A stretch of 64,000 nt of DNA from IMG/VR virus record IMGVR_UViG_3300020473_001965, positions 124,001-188,000 of that record; one strand, given 5' to 3'. A program made the translations under genes and the position numbers. Shown one piece after another: positions 1 through 9,200 of this stretch. The stretch's first letter is position 1; the number at the start of each line of letters is the position of its first letter. The notes beneath the pieces are model-generated. The model saw only the letters and a list, made by a program, of their open reading frames with translations, had not been told where the DNA came from and searched no databases.

Positions 1-746
1 TTTTCTTCTTGGCCTTCAACCTCTTCGAAGAGTAGGTCAGCAAGTGACTCTTCTTTACTCTCCCTATAGTAGTACTGGTCGTTCATCGCAAAGTCTTGGA
101 AGTAAATTACTACCCCTCGAAGAACAGCGATAATGGTGTTGGCCGTTTTTGTATCAAGCTGCTCGGCGTCATGAGCAGAAACTACATCATCATAGATTTT
201 TTGAAACTTAGCTGCTTCAGTCTTGAAACCGGATTTGTTTGCCTTGTTAGGGAATTCTGCTTGAACAAGCTCATCATACAAGTCTGAAAGCGGTTTATAT
301 TCTATTGCTTTTAGCCAAGATTCTGCTTCTCTCTTTGCATTATCTTTAAGTTCTTGTCGCTTCTTGATATCAAACGTCTCATTTCCCCCTAGAAGTGTTC
401 CGGCTTTGTTTCCGAACATTCCAATGTCTTTGATCCCTTTGATTCGATCAACTGTCTTAGCAAAAAAGCCGCGGGTGTCTTCGCCGGCTTCTTCTTGCTT
501 GGCTTTCAGCATTTTCTTCAATGCAGATTTTGACAAAGCTTTAAGTTCGGCCTCGTCTGCTTGTGGATCACGATCCATTATCTTTTTGATCAAAGTTTTC
601 TTTCGAGTGAAACCCAGTAACTCATTCAGCTCATCGTCTGAAAGCCCATTATTTGATGCTAAGATTGCTATGTGCTCTTCTGTCAAGTTGGCAAAATCTT
701 CGTCGTCGAGCTCAAAAAGCAAAGATTCTAAGTCGTGTTGATTCAT
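1..746 (-). CDS. Hypothetical acidic/helical protein, probably virion-associated; 3' end runs off the window
   Basis: Manually translated from the ATG at 746 (MNQHDLESLLFELDDEDFANL...ESLADLLFEEVEGQEE), open to base 1. GGAG RBS and an ATAATTA motif lie upstream. Absent from the ORF track because it has no stop in the window. Confidence 0.75.
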   Translation of the reverse strand, partial: MNQHDLESLLFELDDEDFANLTEEHIAILASNNGLSDDELNELLGFTRKKTLIKKIMDRDPQADEAELKALSKSALKKMLKAKQEEAGEDTRGFFAKTVDRIKGIKDIGMFGNKAGTLLGGNETFDIKKRQELKDNAKREAESWLKAIEYKPLSDLYDELVQAEFPNKANKSGFKTEAAKFQKIYDDVVSAHDAEQLDTKTANTIIAVLRGVVIYFQDFAMNDQYYYRESKEESLADLLFEEVEGQEE

Positions 747-821
747 TATATAACTCCGCGTGCCTGCAGCCTACAATCTAATTATTACGCAAAGAGACAA
801 AATAATGACACACGCAGCTGT

Positions 822-1226
822 TTATTGGTAACTTTTAACAGACACACCTGAAGAGAGAAGCAAATCTATCCCAGACCTATCACGATACTCTTCGTCATAG
901 ATCACTTCATCAATTCCGGCGTTTATCATCGCTTTGGCACACATTCTACAAGGTGAGAGCGTCACATACATTATCTTCTTCTTAGGATTGTTATAATCCA
1001 TTTTTAGAAGTGCGTTAATTTCTGCATGAATCATTCCCGACGCGCCTGGTTCTACTGACTCTACTTCATTAGGCCCGCCTTGATGGTTTCCGTTATACCC
1101 AACGGAAAGAACTTGTGTATTATCGTCAGTGACTACTATAGCTCCCACTTGATATCTTGGATCGTATGACCTTCTAGAAATGTTTCTGGCAAAGCTCATC
1201 CATATTTCATCCCACTCTGGACGCAT
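822..1226 (-). CDS. dCMP deaminase (cytidine/deoxycytidylate deaminase family)
   Basis: HAEINAL and SPCRMC zinc motifs; VGA and GYNG motifs; AGGAGG RBS. Confidence 0.92.
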   Translation of the reverse strand: MRPEWDEIWMSFARNISRRSYDPRYQVGAIVVTDDNTQVLSVGYNGNHQGGPNEVESVEPGASGMIHAEINALLKMDYNNPKKKIMYVTLSPCRMCAKAMINAGIDEVIYDEEYRDRSGIDLLLSSGVSVKSYQ

Positions 1227-1309
1227 CTGATTACCTCCTGTTGCAATTATATTATTGTCTATAGGATTGTATTAAAAAACACATAAGTGACAACCAGGAT
1301 CATTCTAGA

Positions 1310-2248
1310 TTACTTGTCAGTACTTTCTTTTGTTGATTCGCCAGCATTCTTATCAGCGCCAACATTTTTAGCAGCTGTCTTCTTGACAAGCTTCTTTCTT
1401 GTAGATCTAGTTCTTTTGGGCTTATCAAATAAATCTTCCACATGCTTGTTTTTGGGAAGCTGAAAACCTGACGCTTTTTTATGTCCGCCGCCGCCGTATT
1501 TCTTTGCAATCTCTGAAACGTCTACAGTGTCATGAAATGCCCTTAAACTTACTTTTGTTTCTTTAGACTCATGGTCCCAAAACCATATCATCGCAAAATC
1601 ACAGTCAGGAGCTAGACGAGCGCCAATCTCAGACATCCAGTGTGATGCATTAACAACAAGGACATCCATTCCTCCTAGCTTTCTCTTTGATGCTTTCTCG
1701 CAGACTTTTTTCACAACTGTCTTGCTATACGCAAGTATGTAGGATCCTCGCTTGCACGCATCATCGAAAACTGAGTCGTCTTCAAATTTCTCAAATTCCT
1801 CAAATTCAAAGGGCACCATATCGAAAGCCGCACTGAATTCTTTAGAGTATTCAAGCTCCCACTTCCACAAGTCTCTATCCTGGATATATCGTATAAACTT
1901 TGGTGGCTCTTTTCCAGGGTGGAAAAACTCCCATGCAAGCATTGCGCCGGATTTTGTCATGTCAAAATGTGTATGAGACACGTCGTGCAACTCTACCATA
2001 GCTGACTTATGATGATCTATTACCAACAATGAATTAGCTTCTTCGATCATTTGCTTAGTAGTTGCATTATTAAAAGAAAAATCTAGTATTACTACATTCT
2101 TCCCCTTCACATCTGGGGGAGGTGTGCCGTGTTTGCACGCGTGATATTCAGCCCGATTGCCCAACTGCTTCCATGCAGAATACGCAGCACCAAAGCCGTC
2201 TGTGCAATCAGCATGATAAATAACGCAATTAACTGAAGTTGGTTCCAA
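1310..2248 (-). CDS. DHH/DHHA1 family phosphoesterase (NrnB/oligoribonuclease-like)
   Basis: YHADCTDG, ILDF, IDHH, DRDLW, SLR and GGGGHKKASG motifs; Lys-rich C-terminal tail. Confidence 0.88.
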   Translation of the reverse strand: MEPTSVNCVIYHADCTDGFGAAYSAWKQLGNRAEYHACKHGTPPPDVKGKNVVILDFSFNNATTKQMIEEANSLLVIDHHKSAMVELHDVSHTHFDMTKSGAMLAWEFFHPGKEPPKFIRYIQDRDLWKWELEYSKEFSAAFDMVPFEFEEFEKFEDDSVFDDACKRGSYILAYSKTVVKKVCEKASKRKLGGMDVLVVNASHWMSEIGARLAPDCDFAMIWFWDHESKETKVSLRAFHDTVDVSEIAKKYGGGGHKKASGFQLPKNKHVEDLFDKPKRTRSTRKKLVKKTAAKNVGADKNAGESTKESTDK

Positions 2249-2251
2249 TTC

Positions 2252-2851
2252 TTAGTCCTTTCTATTAGCCCTATTGATATATCTATGCATTTCCCAACAT
2301 CTTGGCTCGTAGAGGTCGGAGCCTCCAACAGCAATCTCGTCCAAGTCTTCTTGCTTTCTGTGGGTATAAAATGCATCTCTTCCCGTAATAGGACAGACAG
2401 CAGGACATATCTCAATTTTGGTTGCCCAGGGCATTATATCTCGAACTTCTTCAAAAATATTCCCTGAGGCTGACATCTGCAAGGAGCTTACCACTATTGT
2501 ATAACCTTGTTGAAAAATTTCTATTAAAGCTTTCGCCACACCTGGAATCATAAAGGCTTCATCTACAGCCACTACATCGGGTTTTTCTGATGCATCTTTT
2601 ATATATTTTAACACATCTTCACCCTTGTTTACACAAATCGCGTCCAGCCTTCCGCCTGAGTGAGTTACGATAGCATTGTTGTCATATCTATCGTCGATCA
2701 AGGGCTTGAATGCTACTATCTTCTTATTTTGATACCTGTATCTATCAATTGTAGCAAGCATTCTGGTTGTCTTGGATCCGAACATGGGACCTGCAAAAAT
2801 AATGAACTTTGGATCATTAGTCATTTCTTTCTCGTGCTTATTGTTTCTCAT
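2252..2851 (-). CDS. tdk: Thymidine kinase (type II)
   Basis: GPMFGSKTT P-loop, FKP..D.RY, VAVDEAF, lasso region AVGGSDLYEPRC. Start is probably 2851 or 2824 rather than 2905. Confidence 0.9.
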   Translation of the reverse strand: MRNNKHEKEMTNDPKFIIFAGPMFGSKTTRMLATIDRYRYQNKKIVAFKPLIDDRYDNNAIVTHSGGRLDAICVNKGEDVLKYIKDASEKPDVVAVDEAFMIPGVAKALIEIFQQGYTIVVSSLQMSASGNIFEEVRDIMPWATKIEICPAVCPITGRDAFYTHRKQEDLDEIAVGGSDLYEPRCWEMHRYINRANRKD

Positions 2852-3263
2852 CACAGCGACCGTAGTCGTCTTCGATTCGTACGCAGTTGCTTCTAAGATT
2901 ATCACCTACTTCAATTATTTCACAGTCTTCAAGCGCCTCAATTCGGTATGGGCAACCGCTTTGAACGTGAAGAACGTCTCCTGCACTCATTTCTTGTGTC
3001 TGGATTGGGTTAAGATCCCCCGGCTCTTTCAACGAATATTCATTTCCAAACGTTGCTAAAGCTCTTCCTTTTAACAAAAACAGTGTTTCATTTTTTTGTG
3101 TGTTATATTTGAAGCTAGTTCTAAAACCTGCGTTTATTAATAGCGTCTTTCCGTGTACACCAGTAAACCCTGACCATACTATCTCTTGACCCCAGGGTTT
3201 CTCAACACTTGTACCCTTGGTTACCCATGCGGTTTTCTTGTGTTTTCTAGACATAAACATCAT
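2838..3263 (-). CDS. Cupin, mannose-6-phosphate isomerase type II (ManC C-terminal)-like
   Basis: VEKPWGQE N-terminus and RIEDDYGR C-terminus. The usual metal-binding His positions appear substituted. Confidence 0.7.
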   Translation of the reverse strand: MMFMSRKHKKTAWVTKGTSVEKPWGQEIVWSGFTGVHGKTLLINAGFRTSFKYNTQKNETLFLLKGRALATFGNEYSLKEPGDLNPIQTQEMSAGDVLHVQSGCPYRIEALEDCEIIEVGDNLRSNCVRIEDDYGRCDEKQ

Positions 3264-4300
3264 TCACCTCCGTGCAAAATGTGGGGTGTACCTTCGTATG
3301 ATCCGGCTGCAGTCTGAATGCCCCACTTCGCAACAACGGGTATTTCGCTCAAATTATGTGCATTCATATAAGACATGCTACTTTGGATTCCTGACTTCAA
3401 ATCCTTGATGATCGTCTGAGCGCTGGGCTTTACAGGCACTGAAGTTCTTACGCCCTCACCTACTGGCATATCTGCTCTGTCCCTATTTTTTCTGTCTATC
3501 ATGGCAGATGTAGAAGCCATGCCTCGAAATATCTTTACAGGCCCTGTTGGAGTTTGAACTACCGATCCTGGTGTTTCCGGAGCGCCAGAAAAAACACTCC
3601 CTAGCATGACATAATCTGCGCCGGCGGCTAATGCTTTTGCAATATCGCCTGAAGATCTTAAGCCTCCATCTGCGATGATTTTTACGCCCAATGAGTCAGC
3701 TACATCACAGCATTTAATCAAGCATGAGAACATCGGGACACCGTGTCCTGTGATCACCCTTGTTGAGCAACAAGATCCTCCACCGATACCTACTTTAATG
3801 CAATCGGCGCCCCAGTCTGCTAAATCTTTAACTGCCTCTGGTGTGGCTACGTTTCCTGCTACTATGTAGATGTCACTACCGTATGTGTTTCTCATTACCT
3901 TGAGTGTGTGACGCATCATGGTGCTATGCCCGTGTGCTATGTCGACTATAAAGTTTCTAGCGCCTGACTCATAAAGTGCTCGTGTTCTTTCAAAATCAGA
4001 CTCGCTGGCACCTACAGAAACAAAACAATCTTTTTCAGCAGCTCGGACTTGAAGATAATCGTCTACCGCACCTTGGATTGAATTAAATCGATGAAGGGCA
4101 CCTACTCCACCCGCGCTAGCAATAGCAACAGCCATCTCGGGCCCTGTAACAGTGTCCATATTTGCAGATAGAATAGGAACGCCCAAATCGATTGTTCCAA
4201 TAGTAGATGACGTGTCGAGTGATGATCTTGACGTACAGTCAGTCATTTGTGGTATCAGAAACACATCATTAAAAGTATAATAGGTCTCACCAGTCGGCAT
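3260..4300 (-). CDS. IMP dehydrogenase/GMP reductase family TIM barrel (no CBS domains; GMP-reductase-like)
   Basis: TFNDVFLIP, SANMDTVT, VDIAHGH, GNVAT, KVGIGGGSCCSTR (catalytic Cys), IADGG, FRGMAS, GEG. The ATG at 4300 overlaps the upstream TGA. Confidence 0.9.
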   Translation of the reverse strand: MPTGETYYTFNDVFLIPQMTDCTSRSSLDTSSTIGTIDLGVPILSANMDTVTGPEMAVAIASAGGVGALHRFNSIQGAVDDYLQVRAAEKDCFVSVGASESDFERTRALYESGARNFIVDIAHGHSTMMRHTLKVMRNTYGSDIYIVAGNVATPEAVKDLADWGADCIKVGIGGGSCCSTRVITGHGVPMFSCLIKCCDVADSLGVKIIADGGLRSSGDIAKALAAGADYVMLGSVFSGAPETPGSVVQTPTGPVKIFRGMASTSAMIDRKNRDRADMPVGEGVRTSVPVKPSAQTIIKDLKSGIQSSMSYMNAHNLSEIPVVAKWGIQTAAGSYEGTPHILHGGE

Positions 4301-5307
4301 CAATCTAGCTCCCACCAATCAATAGTCCTCTCAAGACCTTCCCAAAATCTTACAGTGGGCTCGTAACCGAGATCATTTTTAATCTCAGAAATGTCTGCTT
4401 GAGTGTGCATTACGTCCCCTGGCCTCCAGGGAGCATCTTGAACTACTACATGAGAAAATCGATTCTTGAAATACTCTAAGATTTCTTTGTTTGTAGTCCT
4501 GTCTCCGCAAGCAACGTTGTAACACTTACCCATAAACTTCATTGAAGCGTTTGCAGCTAAAACATTTGCATCTACAACGTTGTCAACATAACACATGTCT
4601 CTAGACTGTGTTCCGTCGCCGTCAGACCTCAGGGGTTTCATAAACTTAGTATTGTTACACCAGGCTGATACTGCAGTCGAATACGGCGAGTCTCCATACT
4701 GCCCCGGACCAAACACATTAAAGTATCGTAAACAAACAATATCTAGATTGTAGAGATCTCCAAATAATTTTGCCACATCTTCGATGGCACTCTTTTGCCA
4801 AGCGTAAGGTGATTTTGGATCTTTTGACTCCGCCTCTGTTGTAGGAAGAGTATCAGCGCCTCCGTACACTGAAGACGATGATGCCCAAACAACTCTGTCA
4901 ACAGCATTTCTAGAAGCTTCAAATAGAGCAACTGTCTTTGTTATATTGACGTCAGTAGTTTCAGTCGGATGCTCAACAGAATATGACACTCTAGGAACAG
5001 CGGCTTGATGAAATACTACATCGTACTCTCCTGATGCTACTAGCGATAATACTCTTTGATTAGCAAAATCATCTTGAATGACGAGAACCGTTCTGTCTGT
5101 AAAGGAACTGCTGTCTTTGGCTGCTAGCAAAAAAGAATCATAAAGCCCTGCATCTGGTACAGTTCTAAAGTCTAGGCCATCTAAAAGCTCAAGATGACCG
5201 TTTGACATATCGTCCACTATGGTAACAGACCATCCTTCTTTTACAAGCCTCTTGGCTAAGTTGCTCCCGATGAAACCGCAACCTCCCGTAACTAAAGCTT
5301 TTTTCAT
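4300..5307 (-). CDS. NAD-dependent NDP-sugar epimerase/dehydratase (extended SDR, WbpP/GalE-like)
   Basis: TGGCGFIG, HQAA, ASSSSVYG, SPYAWQK (YxxxK), LRYFNVFGP, RDMCYV, RPGDVMHT. Confidence 0.92.
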   Translation of the reverse strand: MKKALVTGGCGFIGSNLAKRLVKEGWSVTIVDDMSNGHLELLDGLDFRTVPDAGLYDSFLLAAKDSSSFTDRTVLVIQDDFANQRVLSLVASGEYDVVFHQAAVPRVSYSVEHPTETTDVNITKTVALFEASRNAVDRVVWASSSSVYGGADTLPTTEAESKDPKSPYAWQKSAIEDVAKLFGDLYNLDIVCLRYFNVFGPGQYGDSPYSTAVSAWCNNTKFMKPLRSDGDGTQSRDMCYVDNVVDANVLAANASMKFMGKCYNVACGDRTTNKEILEYFKNRFSHVVVQDAPWRPGDVMHTQADISEIKNDLGYEPTVRFWEGLERTIDWWELD

Positions 5308-5326
5308 TGTTATCTCCTCTCCTATT

Positions 5327-6238
5327 CTACACCAAAATATGGGCAGAGTTTAAGTTAAAGCGCATTCTAACATCAACTTCTTTAGGAATTAAATTTAATT
5401 CTTTATAGACAGCATTTGTCAAAAAGTACAAAAAATTTAGATCGTATCTAAAAGTCTTTGCAACCTCAGACGACCTTAATACAAAATGCATGTCAAGCGT
5501 TGAGTCCCTATAAGAGGCATGAATTAGAGAAATACATGTATCATCTGTATATATAAACCGCCTTGATGTTACATGCTCTACTCTATTATACTCATTTTCT
5601 CCGCGTAACTCTCTTCTAATCTTTGTAATCATTGAAGAATAAATTTTCTTATAATAATCTTTTTCGTGCTCATAATCCATGACAGAAGGATCTACATCCT
5701 CAAAGGTCCCATCATCATAAAGTGTCATAGACAAGGGTGTAGCTTCATGACTAGGAGAGTTAGCAGCAAAAGTCTTGACAAAGTCTGCAATTAAATCTAA
5801 GTTGCCGTTTTCGATTGCTTCTATCTCGTTCTTTACGAGGCTTACATTGTAATCTAACTCTGATCCTCTTAAAACAGTGACATTAGGAAAGTGACAAAGC
5901 CTGTTAGCATGATTTTCAAAATCCTTATAGAGACCCTTGATATCTTCAAGAGATTGTATCTCATCTCCACGCATACTGTATCTTAAAATCACATCTTGAA
6001 AGTCTGGAAGCAGAATTACAAATCTATTGTTTAAGTTTAAGATTTCTCGAGACATACCATACTCATGATGTTTTGTGTCTCTCTCATATTGCGCAGCGTG
6101 AACAAGCATGGAAAGATATGACCTGTCTTGTATGTTCCACTTGTAGCTGGAATCCTTATGAAGCGAATTATAGAAAGTTGTTTTTCCTGAAAGGTCTGGG
6201 CCTTCGAGAATTATATAGTTTGTCGGAAATCTTGTCAT
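5327..6238 (-). CDS. Fusion of a dNMP (thymidylate)-kinase-like P-loop domain and a minimal thymidylate-synthase/dCMP-hydroxymethylase-fold domain
   Basis: N-terminus: ILEGPDLSGKTT and QDRSYLS (TMK motifs). C-terminus: SRRF..C..(LDMHFVL)RSSE......YD...SAH, which aligns with TS R126/R127, C146, R166/S167, position 177 and H207. Confidence 0.75.
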   Translation of the reverse strand: MTRFPTNYIILEGPDLSGKTTFYNSLHKDSSYKWNIQDRSYLSMLVHAAQYERDTKHHEYGMSREILNLNNRFVILLPDFQDVILRYSMRGDEIQSLEDIKGLYKDFENHANRLCHFPNVTVLRGSELDYNVSLVKNEIEAIENGNLDLIADFVKTFAANSPSHEATPLSMTLYDDGTFEDVDPSVMDYEHEKDYYKKIYSSMITKIRRELRGENEYNRVEHVTSRRFIYTDDTCISLIHASYRDSTLDMHFVLRSSEVAKTFRYDLNFLYFLTNAVYKELNLIPKEVDVRMRFNLNSAHILV

Positions 6239-9200
6239 GATACCACCGGTTTCATCTTGGCCCCTGATGTCGATGCTCCCCAGTCAGGATCATTGGTTAC
6301 ATCAGCCAGCCATATTGTAAAAGGTTCTGCTTCTTGGGGTAGGAATCCCCAGACTCTTAACCAAGAAAGATTATTTTGATCATCACAAACACGAAGCCTG
6401 AAAAATGTCTTGCCCTTCTTGGTCTTCTTTTTTATTATTTCCTGGATACAAAACCAGACTACAGTTCGCGTGCTCCCCTCAAGAGAGGTCAATCTAGGAA
6501 TGTCTGCTTTTTCGATCTTGTCAAGTATGTTACCCGGATAGAGAAGATCTCTTGGAACTGTTGACGTCAAGTCGTAATGCATTGCGAGTTTTTCTGAACG
6601 TGTCCAATCGTCGACATACTCAGTCTTTGAAATCAGTTCTGGCAATATTGGCGGCGCGCTAGACTTCATTGCTTTTCGAAGCGTCATTCCATACATGCTT
6701 TTCCGTAAAATCTCGTAGTTTTCAATGATTATCTCATAAAGCTGCCTGTGATTATTGATTCTGCCGGTGGCAAAATCTTCCAAAGATGAAAAAGCATTAA
6801 TCTTGCAAAGAGAAGAGAAACACGTCTTGTTCATTTTGGAATGCTTCCATTTACCTTCGTCGTCATACAATAGATTGTGCAAGCTCGTGTACGGTCTTGT
6901 TGCCATTATTTCTTGAACAGCGTTAATACCCACACCCTTGACAGACGTCAAAGGCGGCACGAAAGCATTGCGATCATCAGAGTATGCCCACTCGTCGCCA
7001 GAATAGTTGATATCAGCAGGAGCAAACTTATAACCCATTTGTTTGATCTCTGCAATAGTTTTTTCTAGACCCTTTGGATTGTTATTTTCTGACTGAAGGA
7101 TTGTTGCCAACCAAGACTTTTCATGGTATGTATGCAACCAAGCAGCGTAGTAAGAATCAATAGCATAAGCTACAGCGTGCGACTTATTGAAACCGTAAAC
7201 ACTGAAGAACTCAATCCTATCAAAGAGTTTGTGCATTTTATCTTCGGGCAAACCGTGTAGTTGATTAGCTCCTTCGACAAACTTTTTACGTAGTGCATCT
7301 CGTTCCGCGCCTTTCTTACCAATCGTGTCAAGTGACTTCTTAACAAGAGTCTTGCGCATCTTATCAGATTCACCCGGAGAAAAACCTGCCAACTTTTGTG
7401 CAAGAAGCATAAACTGCTCTTGGAATGTAATGTGGCCGAATGTTGTACCAAGAATCTCTTCAATAATCGGGTGATCATACTCAATCTTGCTAGCATTTTT
7501 CTTGTCCCGAACGTACTTTTTATGAACATTTGCCCGCAGTGGTCCAGGGCGGTAAATCGCTGTCAGAGCAGCCAGCTCTTCAATTGATGTAGGCTTTGCT
7601 GCTTCGCAGAACTTTCTAGCACCCTCAGCAGTAAATTGAAAGACGCCAGTCTTTCTTCGCTGATGATAAACATGCTTCCATACCTTTTCATCGTCCTGTG
7701 TAACAAACCTACAATTTAAGTGCTTGTCAAAATAATCTCTAATATCGATAAAAGTCGGATCTTCATTGCCTTCACTCTTTAGGATCCGTCGAATGCAATT
7801 TTCAACGTCTTTCAAGAGTGTCAACCCCAAGAAGTCAAACTTGATAAAACCATTGTCTTCAAGATTTCGGAAGTTCATCCCTTCAGTCCAGGGTGTTTGC
7901 AACTCACCGCGAACTGAGACTAGAGGCATTGTCTTTTCAAGGTCTTCGGCAGGTGCTATAATCACGCCGCCGGCGTGGCGACCGATTGAACGATTTTGCA
8001 TAAAGAGTGCTTCAATATGATCTTTTACCTTAGGGTAGTTGTTCATGAAATCCCGATAGCGCTTAGAATACTTCATACAATCTTCATGCTGGAGAACAAA
8101 AACAGACTTCTCGGTGTTTTCGTCGCGAGCCTGTGCCATTACCTCATCTTGAAGTGGCCCGGTCATCTTATTGACCTCTCCGAAATCAACACCGTAAAAC
8201 TTTGAAATGTCCTTAACGAGAGATTTAAGCTTCAAAGTATTGAAATTGGAAACAGGGATTACTGCTTCGTCACCGTATAGTTCACGGGCTGCATCAATAA
8301 GGGCATCTCTGTCGCCTGCATCGGAATCAATATCTGGCCAAGATGTTCTATGTCTTCCAAGGAATCGGTCCCAAAGTAGGCCATACGGAATAGGATCAAG
8401 CTGGGTTATCCCTAGCAAGTAATTTACAAGACTGCCGCCGCCAGAGCCACGGGCTGGGCCAAAGAGAGTTCTATCTTCTGCTTTGTGGAAAACCTGATAC
8501 ATCGTCAAGAAATAGTTTTCAAAACCTAGATACTTGATATCTGACATTTCTGTTTTAGTACGCTCGACGTATTCAGGCTTTAAGTGAAGCCCTGTGTCTA
8601 CGAGCCCTTGTTTTACAAGATCTAGTAGCTGATCAAAGGCAGACTTTTCAGGAGTGTTAAAGTTTGGAAGCTTAACTGACTGGTCGATCCAGACGTCTTC
8701 ACACATTTCCCATGCAATATCATGTGTACGTTCGATGGCATCTGAAATTGTTTGGTCGTGCCCTTTATAAAAATCGTACTTGTCGCGGTGCAATGTATAC
8801 TCATCCCACATCTGCTCAGCATTCTTCGGATAAAGCTCACATTTTAGGTTGTCAAACTCGGGCAGCGGTGAGGGGTTATCTCTCATCCACCCTAAACGCT
8901 TATACAACTCTCGTGCCTCCCACTTATTCGGATTATAATAATGAGAATCGGCTGTGGCCACCAGTGGGACACCTGTCGAATCATGCAGGCTTAGAAGGTG
9001 TTTGTTAACTGTGTGTTGCGCGTCCAGTTTATTGAATTGCAGCTCAAGAAAGAAGTTTTCATTACCTACACATTGAGTAAATCTATCCGTCAGGTTTTGA
9101 AGTTCCATCTGGATTTCAGCTTCTGATTTCTTTAGAGCTGTTCCGCGGAGAATGCGATTAGAATAAATCCCGCCTAAACATGCTGTGCTTACAACAAGGC

